This document shows, piece after piece, positions 9,898 to 20,004 of a stretch of 64,000 nt of DNA (position 1 is the first letter of the stretch; every line of letters starts with the position of its first letter). The DNA is taken from contig CAVXQW010000007.1 of the NCBI GenBank assembly GCA_963764045.1, positions 173,630 through 237,629 of the forward strand, given 5' to 3'. Made by a program: the position numbers and the translations under genes. Source of the stretch: an uncultured bacterium (GTDB taxonomy: Bacteria; Desulfobacterota; Deferrimicrobia; Deferrimicrobiales; Deferrimicrobiaceae). Below the pieces are notes generated by a model, which did not search any database, was not told where the DNA came from, and saw only the letters and a list, made by a program, of their open reading frames with translations.

Positions 9898-9931
9898 TTC
9901 ACCTATGCGTCGGACGTCCGGAAGGGACGGG

Positions 9932-10214
9932 ATGCAAATGATCCCGACGGGGATGGGGATGGGAGAGTCAACGGAATTCCATGGGGCGACGCGGGCCGAC
10001 GCAACGGGGGATCCGCACATCGCGGAAGGCCGGCGCGGCCCGACCTGGCGCGGATGGCTGCTCTCCATCCTCGTGGCGGTCATTCTGTCGGTGACGGCGA
10101 CCCTGCTTCTCGGCGGATACGAGGCGTTCCGGTCGGATCCGCGGGGCGGGGGCGGGCCACGCGGATCCGGAGCCGGAAGTCAGTTGCTGCCCGCCTTCGG
10201 AATCGGGAAAGTGA
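9932..10214 (+). CDS. Small single-TM hypothetical protein, probable CCPP C-terminus (needs one frameshift near 10190)
   Basis: RBS-like AAGGGACGG; TM segment WLLSILVAVILSVTATLLLGG; alternative frame ends TGC TGC CCG CCT TCG GAA TCG GGA AAG TGA. Confidence 0.5.
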
Positions 10215-10333
10215 GAGGAGTGCGTGGAATCCTTGGCATTGATAACCGTCATCCCATTGATTTCATGAATATATTTACGGTGCAACCCGGCAATCTTTTC
10301 TATCAAGAGAGGCTTGCAAGGAGGAGGAAGAGG

Positions 10334-11668
10334 ATGGTGAAGGATCGAACCGGCGGGCGGCGGGCGGTGACGATCCTTCTTCCGCTCCTTGTTGCCCTCG
10401 TCCTTGTCGGACCTTCCCTTCGTCGCTGCTGGCAGGGGAGCCCGCGACAGGGGACGGACGTTCTCCGTGACCTCGTCCGGGAATCCCTGGAGCGGAACCC
10501 CGAGCTCGCCGCTTTCCGGTCGACGGCGGAAGGTCTCGAACAGCGTGTTCTCCCCGCGGGCTCCCTGCCCGACCCGATGCTCCTCCTCTCCCTCTCGAAC
10601 GTCCCGGTGGATGATTTCTCCTTCAATAAGGCGGACATGACCTCGAAGGACATCGGGTTCACCCAGGCGATCCCGTTTCCCGGGAAGCTCTCCCTGAAGC
10701 AGGAGATCGCGCGGCTGTCGGCCGTCCAGGGATCGGACCGGGTGGAGAGCATGCGCAACCTGATCCGGTTCCGGGTCAAGCGGGACTTCTTCCTCCTGAT
10801 GGAGAACCGGGAAGTGACCCGCCTCACGGAGAAGAACAAGGCGCTCCTGGGGGAACTCCTGGAAGTAGCGAACTCCCGGTACTCGGTCGGGAAGACGCCC
10901 CAGCAGGACCTCTTCAAGGCCCAGGTGGAGATCTCCAGCCTGGGGAAGATGCTGATCGCCCTTCGGAAAAAGAGGGTGGAGCTCGTGGCGGATCTGAATA
11001 CCCTGCGCAACCGCCCGGTCACGGATCCGGTGGAACTGCCCGGTACCTTCGATTTGCCGGACATCCGGTACGACGAAGCACAGCTTCTGGAGATGGCGAA
11101 GACCTCGAATCCCGATCTTAAAAGGGAAGGGGACGCAATCCGTCAGAAAGAGACGGCGCTTGCGCTCGCGAGGAAGCAGATCCTGCCCGACTTCCAGATC
11201 GGCGGCGCCTACAAGGTGCGGGAGGACACCCCGACGGGCGGGGATCGGCCGGATTTCGTCAGCGCGACCGTCGGATTCACGCTCCCGCTCTGGCACGGGC
11301 GCAAGCAGGACAAGGAAGTGGAGGCGTCCGTGCGGGATCTCTCCTCGGAGAAGAGCAGCTACGAGAGCGCCTGGAACGCGATCCGGAACCGCCTCCAGGA
11401 GATCGCGGCGGACATCGCCGCGCAGCGTGAAACCCTCTCCCTGTTCGACACGGGCCTTCTCCCGCAGGCGAGGGAGTCCGTGAGCGCCTCCCGCTCCGCC
11501 TACGAGGTGGGGCAGGTCGAGTTCGCCTCCGTTCTCAACGGGCAGACTCTCCCTCTACCAGCAGGAGATCGAACGGGAACGGACCGCGGAAGCCTTCCGC
11601 ATCCGGGCCTCCGAGCTCGAGCTCGTCGTGGGGAAGGAACTTTTTTCCATGAAGGGAAACGGCGATGA
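10334..11668 (+). CDS. TolC-family outer membrane efflux protein (CusC-like); apparent frameshifts, end approximate
   Basis: ERNPELAA, LPDPML, QAIPFPGKL, RYSVG, TLPLWHGRKQ, AYEVG pattern; strong RBS GGAGGAGG upstream. Confidence 0.85.
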   Translation: MVKDRTGGRRAVTILLPLLVALVLVGPSLRRCWQGSPRQGTDVLRDLVRESLERNPELAAFRSTAEGLEQRVLPAGSLPDPMLLLSLSNVPVDDFSFNKADMTSKDIGFTQAIPFPGKLSLKQEIARLSAVQGSDRVESMRNLIRFRVKRDFFLLMENREVTRLTEKNKALLGELLEVANSRYSVGKTPQQDLFKAQVEISSLGKMLIALRKKRVELVADLNTLRNRPVTDPVELPGTFDLPDIRYDEAQLLEMAKTSNPDLKREGDAIRQKETALALARKQILPDFQIGGAYKVREDTPTGGDRPDFVSATVGFTLPLWHGRKQDKEVEASVRDLSSEKSSYESAWNAIRNRLQEIAADIAAQRETLSLFDTGLLPQARESVSASRSAYEVGQVEFASVLNGQTLPLPAGDRTGTDRGSLPHPGLRARARRGEGTFFHEGKRR

Positions 11669-13263
11669 ACGGTAGAAAGATCGTTCTCCAGATCCTCCTG
11701 GTCCTGGCGGCGGTGGCGCTCGGCGGGACAGGGATGTACGTCCTGATGAGCAGGGGCGGCGTATCCGCGATCCCGTGGCTGGCGAAGGGATCGACGTCGG
11801 AAGGGGTGAGCGTCCACAAGGACGCGGGGGAGAAGAAGCTGTACACCTGCCCGATGCACCCGTTCATCATCACCGACAAGCCCGGGACATGCCCTATTTG
11901 CGGGATGACCCTCGTCCCCGCGAAATCCGGTTCCGGACAGGCCCCGGCGGCGGCCGCTCCGGGTACCGGGGGCAAGGAACGGAAGATCAAGTACTGGGTG
12001 GCTCCGATGGACCCCAACTATCGCAGCGACAAGCCCGGGAAATCCCCCATGGGCATGGACCTGGTTCCCGTCTACGAGGATGAAGGAGAGGAGGCCGGAA
12101 CGGTCCGGGTCGACCCGAACACGATCCAGTCGATCGGGGTCCGGACGGCGCCGGTGACCGTGGGGGAACTCAAGAAGACGATCCGCACGGTGGGGCGGGT
12201 CGCCTACGACGAAAGCCGGATCGCATCGGTCAATTCGAAGGTGGCCGGCTGGATCGAAAAGCTCTACGTGGACACCACGGGGCAGGAAGTCCGGAAAGGA
12301 CAGCCGCTGATCGACATCTACTCCCCCGATCTCGTATCGGCGCAGCAGGAATACCTGATCGCACGGAAGCATTTCGAGGAGGTGAAGAACAGCCCGTTCC
12401 CGGACGTGGTGAGCAGCGCAAAGGAACTGCTCGCGTCCGCCGGGAAACGGCTGGACTACTGGGACATCAACGGGGCGCAGATCGAGAAACTTGAGAATAC
12501 CGGCGAGGTCCGGAAGACTCTCACCCTCTACTCCCCCTACCACGGCGTCGTGGTCTCCAAGGCGGTCTTCGACGGCACGAGGGTCATGCCGGGAATGGAG
12601 CTCTTCCGGATCGCGGACATCTCCCGCGTATGGGTGCAGGCGGACGTCTACGAATACGAGCTCCCGTGGGTGAAACAGGGAACTCCCGCCACGGTGACGC
12701 TGGATTACATCCCGGGAAGGAAGTTCCACGGAACCGTGTCGTACGTGTACCCCTACCTGGAGGGGAAGACGAGGACGGCGACCGCAAGGATCGAGCTGGT
12801 CAACCCCGGCGTCCTGCTCAAGCCCGACATGTACGCGCACGTGGAGCTGGCGCCGCGCGTGGCGGGAAAGACGGTCCTCATTCCGTCCGACGCGGTCATC
12901 CGTTCGGGCGTGCGCAACGTCGTGTTCCTCGCCAAGGGAGAAGGACGTTTCCAGCCCCGCGAGGTGCAGCTCGGGCTGGAAGGGGAGGAGGGGACGGTAC
13001 AGGTCCTTTCCGGCCTTTCCGGAAACGAGCGGATCGTGGTGTCGGCCCAGTTCCTCCTGGATTCGGAGAGCAACCTGAAGGAAGCCCTCAAGCAATTCCA
13101 GGGAGGGAGCGGGAACGGAACTCCCCCGCCTTCCCCGCCGTCTTCCCCGGCTCCTTCCCGAAGGGGGCGGGAGCGACGATGAAGGGGACGGATATGAAAG
13201 GCATGGACATGGGATCGCCCCGAAGGGGAGCGGGACCCCGGCAAACAGGGGACGGGGCGGTAG
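11665..13263 (+). CDS. cusB: CusB-family RND periplasmic adaptor with heavy-metal-binding domains and Met-rich tail (frameshifted tail)
   Basis: YTCPMHP..KPGTCPICGM, YWVAPMDP..SPMGMDLVP, IYSPDLVSAQQEYL, AQFLLDSES. Confidence 0.9.
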
Positions 13264-13266
13264 GGC

Positions 13267-16200
13267 GTGCTCGGAAGAATCATCGAAAAATCGGTCAAGA
13301 ACCGGTTCCTCGTCGTCCTGGCGATGTTTTTCCTGGCCGCGTGGGGAATCTGGGCGATGTACCGCATCCCGCTGGACGCGATCCCGGACCTCTCCGACGT
13401 CCAGGTCATCGTGTTCACGGAGTACCCTGGCCAAGGTCCTCGGATCGTGGAAGACCAGGTCACCTATCCGCTCACCACCGCGATGCTCGCCGTCCCGAAG
13501 GCGAAGGTGGTCCGCGGCTACTCCTTCTTCGGCTTTTCGTTCGTGTACATCATCTTCGAGGACGGCACCGACATCTATTGGGCGAGGAGCCGGGTCCTCG
13601 AATACCTGAACTACGTCTCCAAGCGCCTGCCCGCCGGGGTGACTCCCACCCTGGGGCCCGACGCGACCGGGGTCGGGCTGGGTGTACGAGTACGCCCTCG
13701 TGGACAAGACGGGGAAGCACGATCTCGCCCAGTTGCGGTCCCTCCAGGACTGGTTCCTCCGGTACGAGCTGACCGCCGTGGACGGGGTCTCCGAGGTCGC
13801 CTCCATCGGCGGGCTGGTGAAGCAGTACCAGGTGGTCGTCCACCCCGACCGGCTCGCCGCCTACGGGATCCCGATCCAGAAGGTCCGCATGGCGATCCAG
13901 CGCAGCAACAACGACGTGGGCGGACGACTCGTCGAGATGGGCGGAGACGGAGTTCATGGTCCGGGGTCTTGGATACATCAAATCCGTGGACGACCTGAGG
14001 GACATCCCCCTGGCGAGCGACCGGGGGACACCGGTTCTCCTGCGCGACGTGGCGGACGTGCGCCTCGGGCCCGAGCTGCGCCGGGGAATCGCCGATCTGA
14101 ACGGCGCAGGGGGACGTGGCCGGCGGCGTGGTCGTGATGCGCTATCGGGGAGAACGCGCTGCATACGATCCGGAACGTGAAGAAGAAGCTCGACGACCTG
14201 AAGGCGAGCCTTCCGGAAGGGGTGGAGATCGTCCCCACCTACGACCGGTCGGGCCTCATCGAGCGGGCGATCGAGACCCTGAAGGGGAAGCTCCTCGAGG
14301 AGTCCCTGGTCGTGGCGCTGGTCTGCGTCGTCTTCCTCCTTCACTTCCGGAGCGCTCTCGTGGCGATCCTGACGCTGCCGCTGGCGGTCCTCATGGCCTT
14401 CATCGTCATGTACTACCAGGGGCTCAACGCCAACATCATGTCGTTGAGCGGGATCGCGATCGCCATCGGCGCCATGGTGGACGCGGCGATCATCATGATC
14501 GAGAACATGCACAAGCACATGGAGCACGACACCGGGAACAGGAGCCACTGGGACCTCGTGGTCGACGCATCGAAAGAGGTGGGTCCCACCCTCTTCTACT
14601 CCCTGCTCGTGATCACGGTTTCCTTCCTGCCCGTGTTCACCCTGGAGGCGCAGGAAGGGCGGCTCTTCAAGCCCCTCGCCTTCACCAAGACCTACTCCAT
14701 GGCGGCCGCGGCCCTGCTCTCGATCACGATCGTCCCCGTCTGGATGGGCTTCTTCATCCGGGGGAAGATCCGGCCCGAGGAGAGGAATCCGATCAACCGG
14801 TTTCTCATCCGGATCTACCACCCCGTGCTCGACTGGGCGCTTAAGTATAAGAAATCGATCCTGATCGGGGCGGTCGCCCTGATCGCCGTCACTGCCTGGC
14901 CGGTGATGAAGATCGGCTCGGAGTTCATGCCTCCCCTGTACGAAGGGGATCTCCTCTACATGCCGACCACCCTTCCCGGGATCTCGATCACGAAGGCGAA
15001 GGAACTGCTCCAGCAGACCGACCGCATCATCCGCACCTTCCCCGAGGTGAAGACGGTCTTCGGGAAGATCGGACGGGCGGAGACGGCCACCGATCCGGCG
15101 CCCCTCACCATGCTCGAGACGACGATCACCCTGAAGCCGGAGAAGGAGTGGCGAAAGGGGATGACCCACGAGAAACTCGTGGAGGAGCTCGACGCGGCCA
15201 TCCGGTTCCCCGGCGTGACCAACGCCTGGACGATGCCCATCAAGACGCGCATCGACATGCTCGCCACGGGGATCAAGACGCCGGTGGGGATCAAGATCAT
15301 GGGGGACGATCTCGACACCCTCGTGAAGCTCGGAGAGCAGGTCGAGGCCGTCGTCTCCAAGGTCCCGGGCACCTTGTCGGCCTACGCCGAGCGGATCACG
15401 GGCGGGAACTACTTCGATTACGACATTCGGCGCAAGGAGGCGGCGCGGTACGGGCTCACCGTGGGCGACGTCCAGGACGTGATCTCGTCGGCCCTGGGCG
15501 GGATGAACGTGACCACCACCGTGGAGGGGCTGGAGCGGTACCCGGTGAACGTCCGGTACCCTGACGAACTGCGGGACAACATCGAGGCGATGCGGCGCAT
15601 CCTGGTCCCCACCCCCGGCGGGGCCCAGGTCCCGCTGGGACAACTCGCGGACATCACCATCCACAAGGGTCCGGCGATGGTCAAGAGCGAGAACGCGCGC
15701 CGGACGGTCTGGGTCTACGTGGACATCCGCGGAATCGACCTGGGGACCTACGTCAAGAACGCCCGGGAAGCGGTCCGGAAGAGCGTCAAGCTCCCCGCCG
15801 GCTACAGCCTGGTGTGGAGCGGCCAGTTCGAGTACATGGAGCGGGCGAGCAAGCGCATGATGGTCGTCATCCCCCTGACCCTGTTCATCGTGTTCCTGAT
15901 CATCTACATGAACACGAAGTCGTTGACGAAGACGTCCATCGTGCTTCTCGCGGTGCCGTTCTCCCTCGTGGGGGCCTTCTGGCTCATCTACCTTCTCGGC
16001 TACAACCTTTCGGTTGCGGTCTGGGTCGGGATCATCGCCCTCGCGGGCCTCGACGCCGAGACGGGCGTGGTCATGCTGCTGTATCTCGACGTGGCCTACG
16101 AGGGCATGAAGCGGAAGAAACTCATGAACACGATGGGGGATCTGAAGGAGGCGATCGTCGACGGGGCGGTGAAACGGATCCGCCCGAAGGTGATGACCGC

Positions 16201-16432
16201 TTCGGTCATCATCGCCGGCCTCCTCCCCATCATGTGGAGCACGGGGACCGGATCCGACGTGATGAAACGGATCGCGGCCCCGATGGTGGGGGGGGTGGTC
16301 ACCTCGGTCATCATGGAACTCCTCGTTTACCCGGTGATCTACGAGTTCCTGAAACAGAAAGGTCTGGACCGGTCCGAGGCGAGGACGTCCCTGGAGGCCA
16401 GGCCGGCCTCCCTGCCGGAGGATACCGAGTGA
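13267..16432 (+). CDS. cusA: CusA/CzcA-family heavy-metal (Cu/Ag) RND efflux pump; several apparent frameshifts at 13680-14170
   Basis: [68 protein letters not shown]. Confidence 0.93.
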
Positions 16433-16472
16433 TGGAGCAGACCGATAGGGCGTGGGCGAAGGGAGGGAGGAA

Positions 16473-17379
16473 ATGATGACGAGGAATCAAAGGGGCCTCT
16501 GTACGAAAGGGAGCGGTGGAATACCGGTTGCGGCCGTCGTCATCGCGATTTCTCTCGTCGCGCTTTCGGCGTGCACTGCACCTCCAGCGCCGTCGAAACC
16601 GGTGATCCACACGACGAAGGCATTCGACACCGTGTACGGAGAGCTTCCCCCCATCCCGGTGCAGAGCCCTGCCTACGCGACCGTCGTCTACTTCCCTGCG
16701 GCGAAGGCTCCCGGGCGATTCGTCACCGCCCCGATCTTCACCACGGAAGAGGCCAAGGTGGAATTCCTGACGGTCCGTACGGCAGTCCGCGGGATCGACC
16801 AGGAGGAGTTCAGAAAGGGGATCGCGCTTCCGTTTCCGGAAGGCTCGGACCTGATCTCCCTCGGACAGGAGCAGGGGAAGTCGATGATCCGGCTGGGCGG
16901 AACCTTCCGTGCGAATTCGATGTCGAAAAAAGAGAGAGAGAACGCCGCGTGCGTGCCTTTCTCTCACCTTGGAGCAGTTCGGGAAAGGGGCGTCGGTCGA
17001 CATCACCGATTCCAGGGGAGAGGTGGTTTTCAGCGGGGTGCCTGCAGCCTCGCAGGTGGCGGATCCGGGCAAGCCGCGGGTACTGGGGCTGCTGGCGGTT
17101 CAGGAGGAAAAGGGACGGCCGGCGACGGCATTGTCGGTGCTGTTCGACCGTCCGGTAGTCGTAGAGGAGATCGCCTTCTACCCACCGCACGGTGACGCCC
17201 CATACCCGGGAAAATCGTATGCCACCGGGTTCGGAATGAGCGTGGAATTCCACCCCGATCCGGGAATCCCCTTCGGGACGAAGGAGGCGTACCGGATCCG
17301 GTTCAAGGTGCGGGATGGCAAGGGAAGGACGACTGCCGGGGAGGAGCGGTGGGTCCCGAAGGAGATCGTCCGGTTATGA
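16473..17379 (+). CDS. Lipoprotein with GerMN-like domain plus C-terminal Ig-like domain (frameshift near 16950)
   Basis: Lipobox LSAC; VYFP...PEGSDL...LTLEQF...VDI GerMN-like pattern; beta-rich C-terminus in ORF 16909..17379. Confidence 0.6.
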
Positions 17380-17428
17380 AACCGGCAATTTCATTGCCGG
17401 TAACCCATAGGAAGAAAGGAGAAGTGTC

Positions 17429-18032
17429 ATGGGAATGAAACGGTTGGTCGCAGGTGCGGCGTTTCTGTCGATGCTCGCATTTCCGCTGATGGCTCAAACG
17501 GCGGACAACACCCAGGGAGGAATGCCCGGAACGATGATGCAAGGCCAGGGGATGCAAGGCCAAGGGATGCAAGGTCAAGGAATGATGCAGGGCCAGGGTA
17601 TGCAGGGCCAGGGTATGCAGGGCCAGGGCATGCAGGGGCAGGGCATGGTGCACGGCGGTAACGACATGATGAAGATGGGGACCCGGGTATACAGGGGGAA
17701 GATCGGGCAATGGCACAGCGAGGTCCGAATGATCGACATGAAGGCCCAGATGGCGGCCTCCGGGATGAAGGCGCAGGGGACCATGATGAATTCCCATCAC
17801 ATCGCCCTTCGCGCTGACCGACCCGAAAACGAAGGCGGCGGTCACCGAGGGGACCGGAACGGTCACGGTGATCGGGCCGGGCAAGAGCATGGCGACGTAC
17901 AACGTGACGGGCATGCAGGGGCACTTCGGCGCGGACATCAACCTGCCGAAACCCGGCAAGTACACATGCAACGTGAAACTGGAATCCGGGGGGAAGACCG
18001 GAACCGCTACCTTCCACTACACATTGAAGTAG
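17429..18032 (+). CDS. Secreted Met/Gln/Gly-rich protein with beta-sandwich-like C-domain (frameshift near 17808)
   Basis: Signal peptide (..FPLMA-Q), MQGQG repeats. The shifted frame gives LTDPKTKAAVTEGTGTVTVIGPGK...GMQGHFGADINLPKPGKY...ATFHYTLK*. Confidence 0.7.
17537..17644 (+). repeat. Coding 15-bp tandem repeat, 7 x MQGQG
   Basis: ATGCARGGNCARGGN units with synonymous variation and one inserted ATG. Confidence 0.9.
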
Positions 18033-18167
18033 GACGAACGAAACGGGAAGGGGGGCACGGGTCATCGTTCCGTTCCCCCCCCCGCATCAGTGGATGCGGC
18101 AGGAGCTCTACTCTAACCCGCACCGATGCCGGCGGAATCGTACCGGTCCAACACCGAAGGGGAGACA

Positions 18168-18705
18168 ATGGAAATCCGAACGATCGGGAAAGCGGTTCTT
18201 ACGGCGGTATGTGGTACGGCGTTGATGCTCATCGCCTTGCCGGGCATCTCTACGGGGGCGGAGCCCGGCGGGGCGTCCGGGATGAAGATGGAAGAGCACG
18301 GCGGAACGCCTGCGAAATCGGACGGTCAGAACGTGGACATGGGAGAAAACATTTTCTCCGGGAAGGTCGGCCCCTGGGCGGCGGAAGTCCGGCTGATCGA
18401 CATGAAGGCGCAGATGGATGAAGGCAGGGATGTCGGCCAAGACGACCGCCCGGTTCGCCGGCAAGCGCCACCTGATGCTGTTCCTCACCGATCCGAAGAC
18501 CGGGAAGCCCGCCGCGGGAGTGACGGGGAAGGTCGTCGTCACGGGGCCCGACAAGGCTTCCTCCTCGAAGCCCCCCTTCGTCATGATGGGCAATCACATC
18601 GGCGCGGACGTCGTCATGCGGACTCCGGGGACGTACACATTCAAGGCGGACGTCGTTTCAGGGTCGAAGAAAGGGAGCGCGACCTTTTCCTACCTGTTGA
18701 AGTGA
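18168..18705 (+). CDS. Secreted Met/His-containing protein, paralogue of 17429..18032 (frameshift near 18417)
   Basis: Shared motifs: GK(I/V)GxWxxEVRxIDMKAQM, H..LTDPKT, GP.K, M.(G/N)HxGAD, ATF.Y.LK*. Confidence 0.72.
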
Positions 18706-18721
18706 ACGGAGCGGAACAGGG

Positions 18722-19657
18722 TCACCCGGAGCCCTCACCGGAGGCTCCGGCCCGATTCTCCCTGCCGCCCAGCGTACCGATGCCCACTCCGAAGACCACG
18801 ATGCTCCCACCCGCCAGTTGGGATACCACCAGCGATTCGGATAGGATCAGCGCGGAGAGGAGGACGCCGAAGAGTGGCACGAGATTGACGAAGCCCGCGG
18901 CCCGGGAGGCGCCAAGCAGTTCCACCCCTTCGTACCACCAAACGAATCCGACGACGGTGCCGAGCAGGGCGAGCTGGAGGATTGCGATCCAGCCGTAGAT
19001 GGAGAGGCGGTGCAAACCCGTGGAAGCGAACCTTCCAGCGCGGCCGCCGGGAACAGCAGGACGGTTCCGATGAGGGACGCGTACGCCGTGGCCACGAGCG
19101 GCGGAAAGGTTCGCAGGACTTTTTTCCCCATGATGGTGTAGAGAGCCCAGGCGAGGGGCGCCCCGAGCATCAGCAGGTCTCCGGGGTTGAAGGAGAGGTT
19201 TCGGATCACCGCGATGGATCCGCGCGTGATCACCACTCCGACGCCGAGAAGTGCAAGAAGGAGACCTCCCGCCTGGACGGGACGGACGCGTTCCTTGAGC
19301 CACCAGGCCGAGAGGACGGCGGTGAGCAGGGGGTTGAACGCGACGATGAGCGAGCCGTTCGTGGCGCTGGTCCAGGAAAGCCCGGTGAGGAAGACGAAAT
19401 TGTAGAGGAACACGCCGGTGAGGCCGAGGGAAAACAGCCCCGCCCACTGGGCCCCGCCTTCCGGGAAGGGAAACCGATCGCTCCCGTCTGCGCCAGGCGA
19501 CGAGCGCCCAGAGGACGACCGATGCAATGGCGAACCGAAGAAATGCGACGAAGAAGGGGGGCGCCTCGCCGACGGCCCACTTCCCGGCGACGAACGTTCC
19601 TCCCCAGAAGAACGTGGTCATCACGAGCTTTATGTAAACAGCCCTCGTTCGTTGCAT
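18722..19657 (-). CDS. DMT/EamA-family transporter (two apparent frameshifts)
   Basis: TTFFWGGTFVAGK, LRFAIA, GSLIVAFNPLLT, GDLLML, NLVPLFGV. Confidence 0.87.
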   Translation of the reverse strand: MQRTRAVYIKLVMTTFFWGGTFVAGKWAVGEAPPFFVAFLRFAIASVVLWALVAWRRRERSVSLPGRRGPVGGAVFPRPHRRVPLQFRLPHRAFLDQRHERLAHRRVQPPAHRRPLGLVAQGTRPSRPGGRSPSCTSRRRSGDHARIHRGDPKPLLQPRRPADARGAPRLGSLHHHGEKSPANLSAARGHGVRVPHRNRPAVPGGRAGRFASTGLHRLSIYGWIAILQLALLGTVVGFVWWYEGVELLGASRAAGFVNLVPLFGVLLSALILSESLVVSQLAGGSIVVFGVGIGTLGGRENRAGASGEGSG

Positions 19658-19695
19658 AATCACAGTGTAGTCAATCAAACAGGAGGTGTCCCGAC

Positions 19696-19899
19696 ATGCC
19701 TTTCGTGAACATAAAGATCACCCGCGACGGCGTGACGCCGGAGAAAAAGGCGGAGGTGATCCGCGGCGTGACGAAGGTGCTCGTGGACGTGCTCGGGAAG
19801 AATCCCGCGACCACGATGGTGCTGATCGAAGAGGTCGAGACCGACAACTGGGGGGTCGCCGGGGAGACGGTCACGGTACGCAGAAAACAGGGGAAGTGA
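19696..19899 (+). CDS. 4-oxalocrotonate tautomerase family protein
   Basis: Pro-1 after Met, 67 aa, beta-alpha-beta pattern, NWGVAG; RBS AGGAGG. Confidence 0.88.
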   Translation: MPFVNIKITRDGVTPEKKAEVIRGVTKVLVDVLGKNPATTMVLIEEVETDNWGVAGETVTVRRKQGK

Positions 19900-19941
19900 G
19901 CGGGCGACCGGCCGGGGTGCGACAAATCTTTATCAGGAAGG

Positions 19942-19974
19942 AAAAAGGCCGGGCGACATCCCGTCCGCCCGGCC
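19942..19974 (-). terminator. Rho-independent terminator of the fumarase gene
   Basis: GGCCGGGCG...CGCCCGGCC stem with AAAAA on + strand (U-tract on minus), about 30 nt past the stop. Confidence 0.7.
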
Positions 19975-20004
19975 GCTTCATCGGTCCTTCGGCGCGCCGG
20001 GGGG

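Noticed and set aside
9905-11668. 587-aa ORF joining a TM peptide to TolC
   Set aside because: It reads through an AT-rich intergenic-like tract, and there is a strong RBS and ATG at 10334. Better explained as two genes plus indels.
18035-18090. G/C-run hairpin between the two Met-rich paralogues as a terminator
   Set aside because: Pairing is irregular and there is no U-tract, so it is too weak to call.
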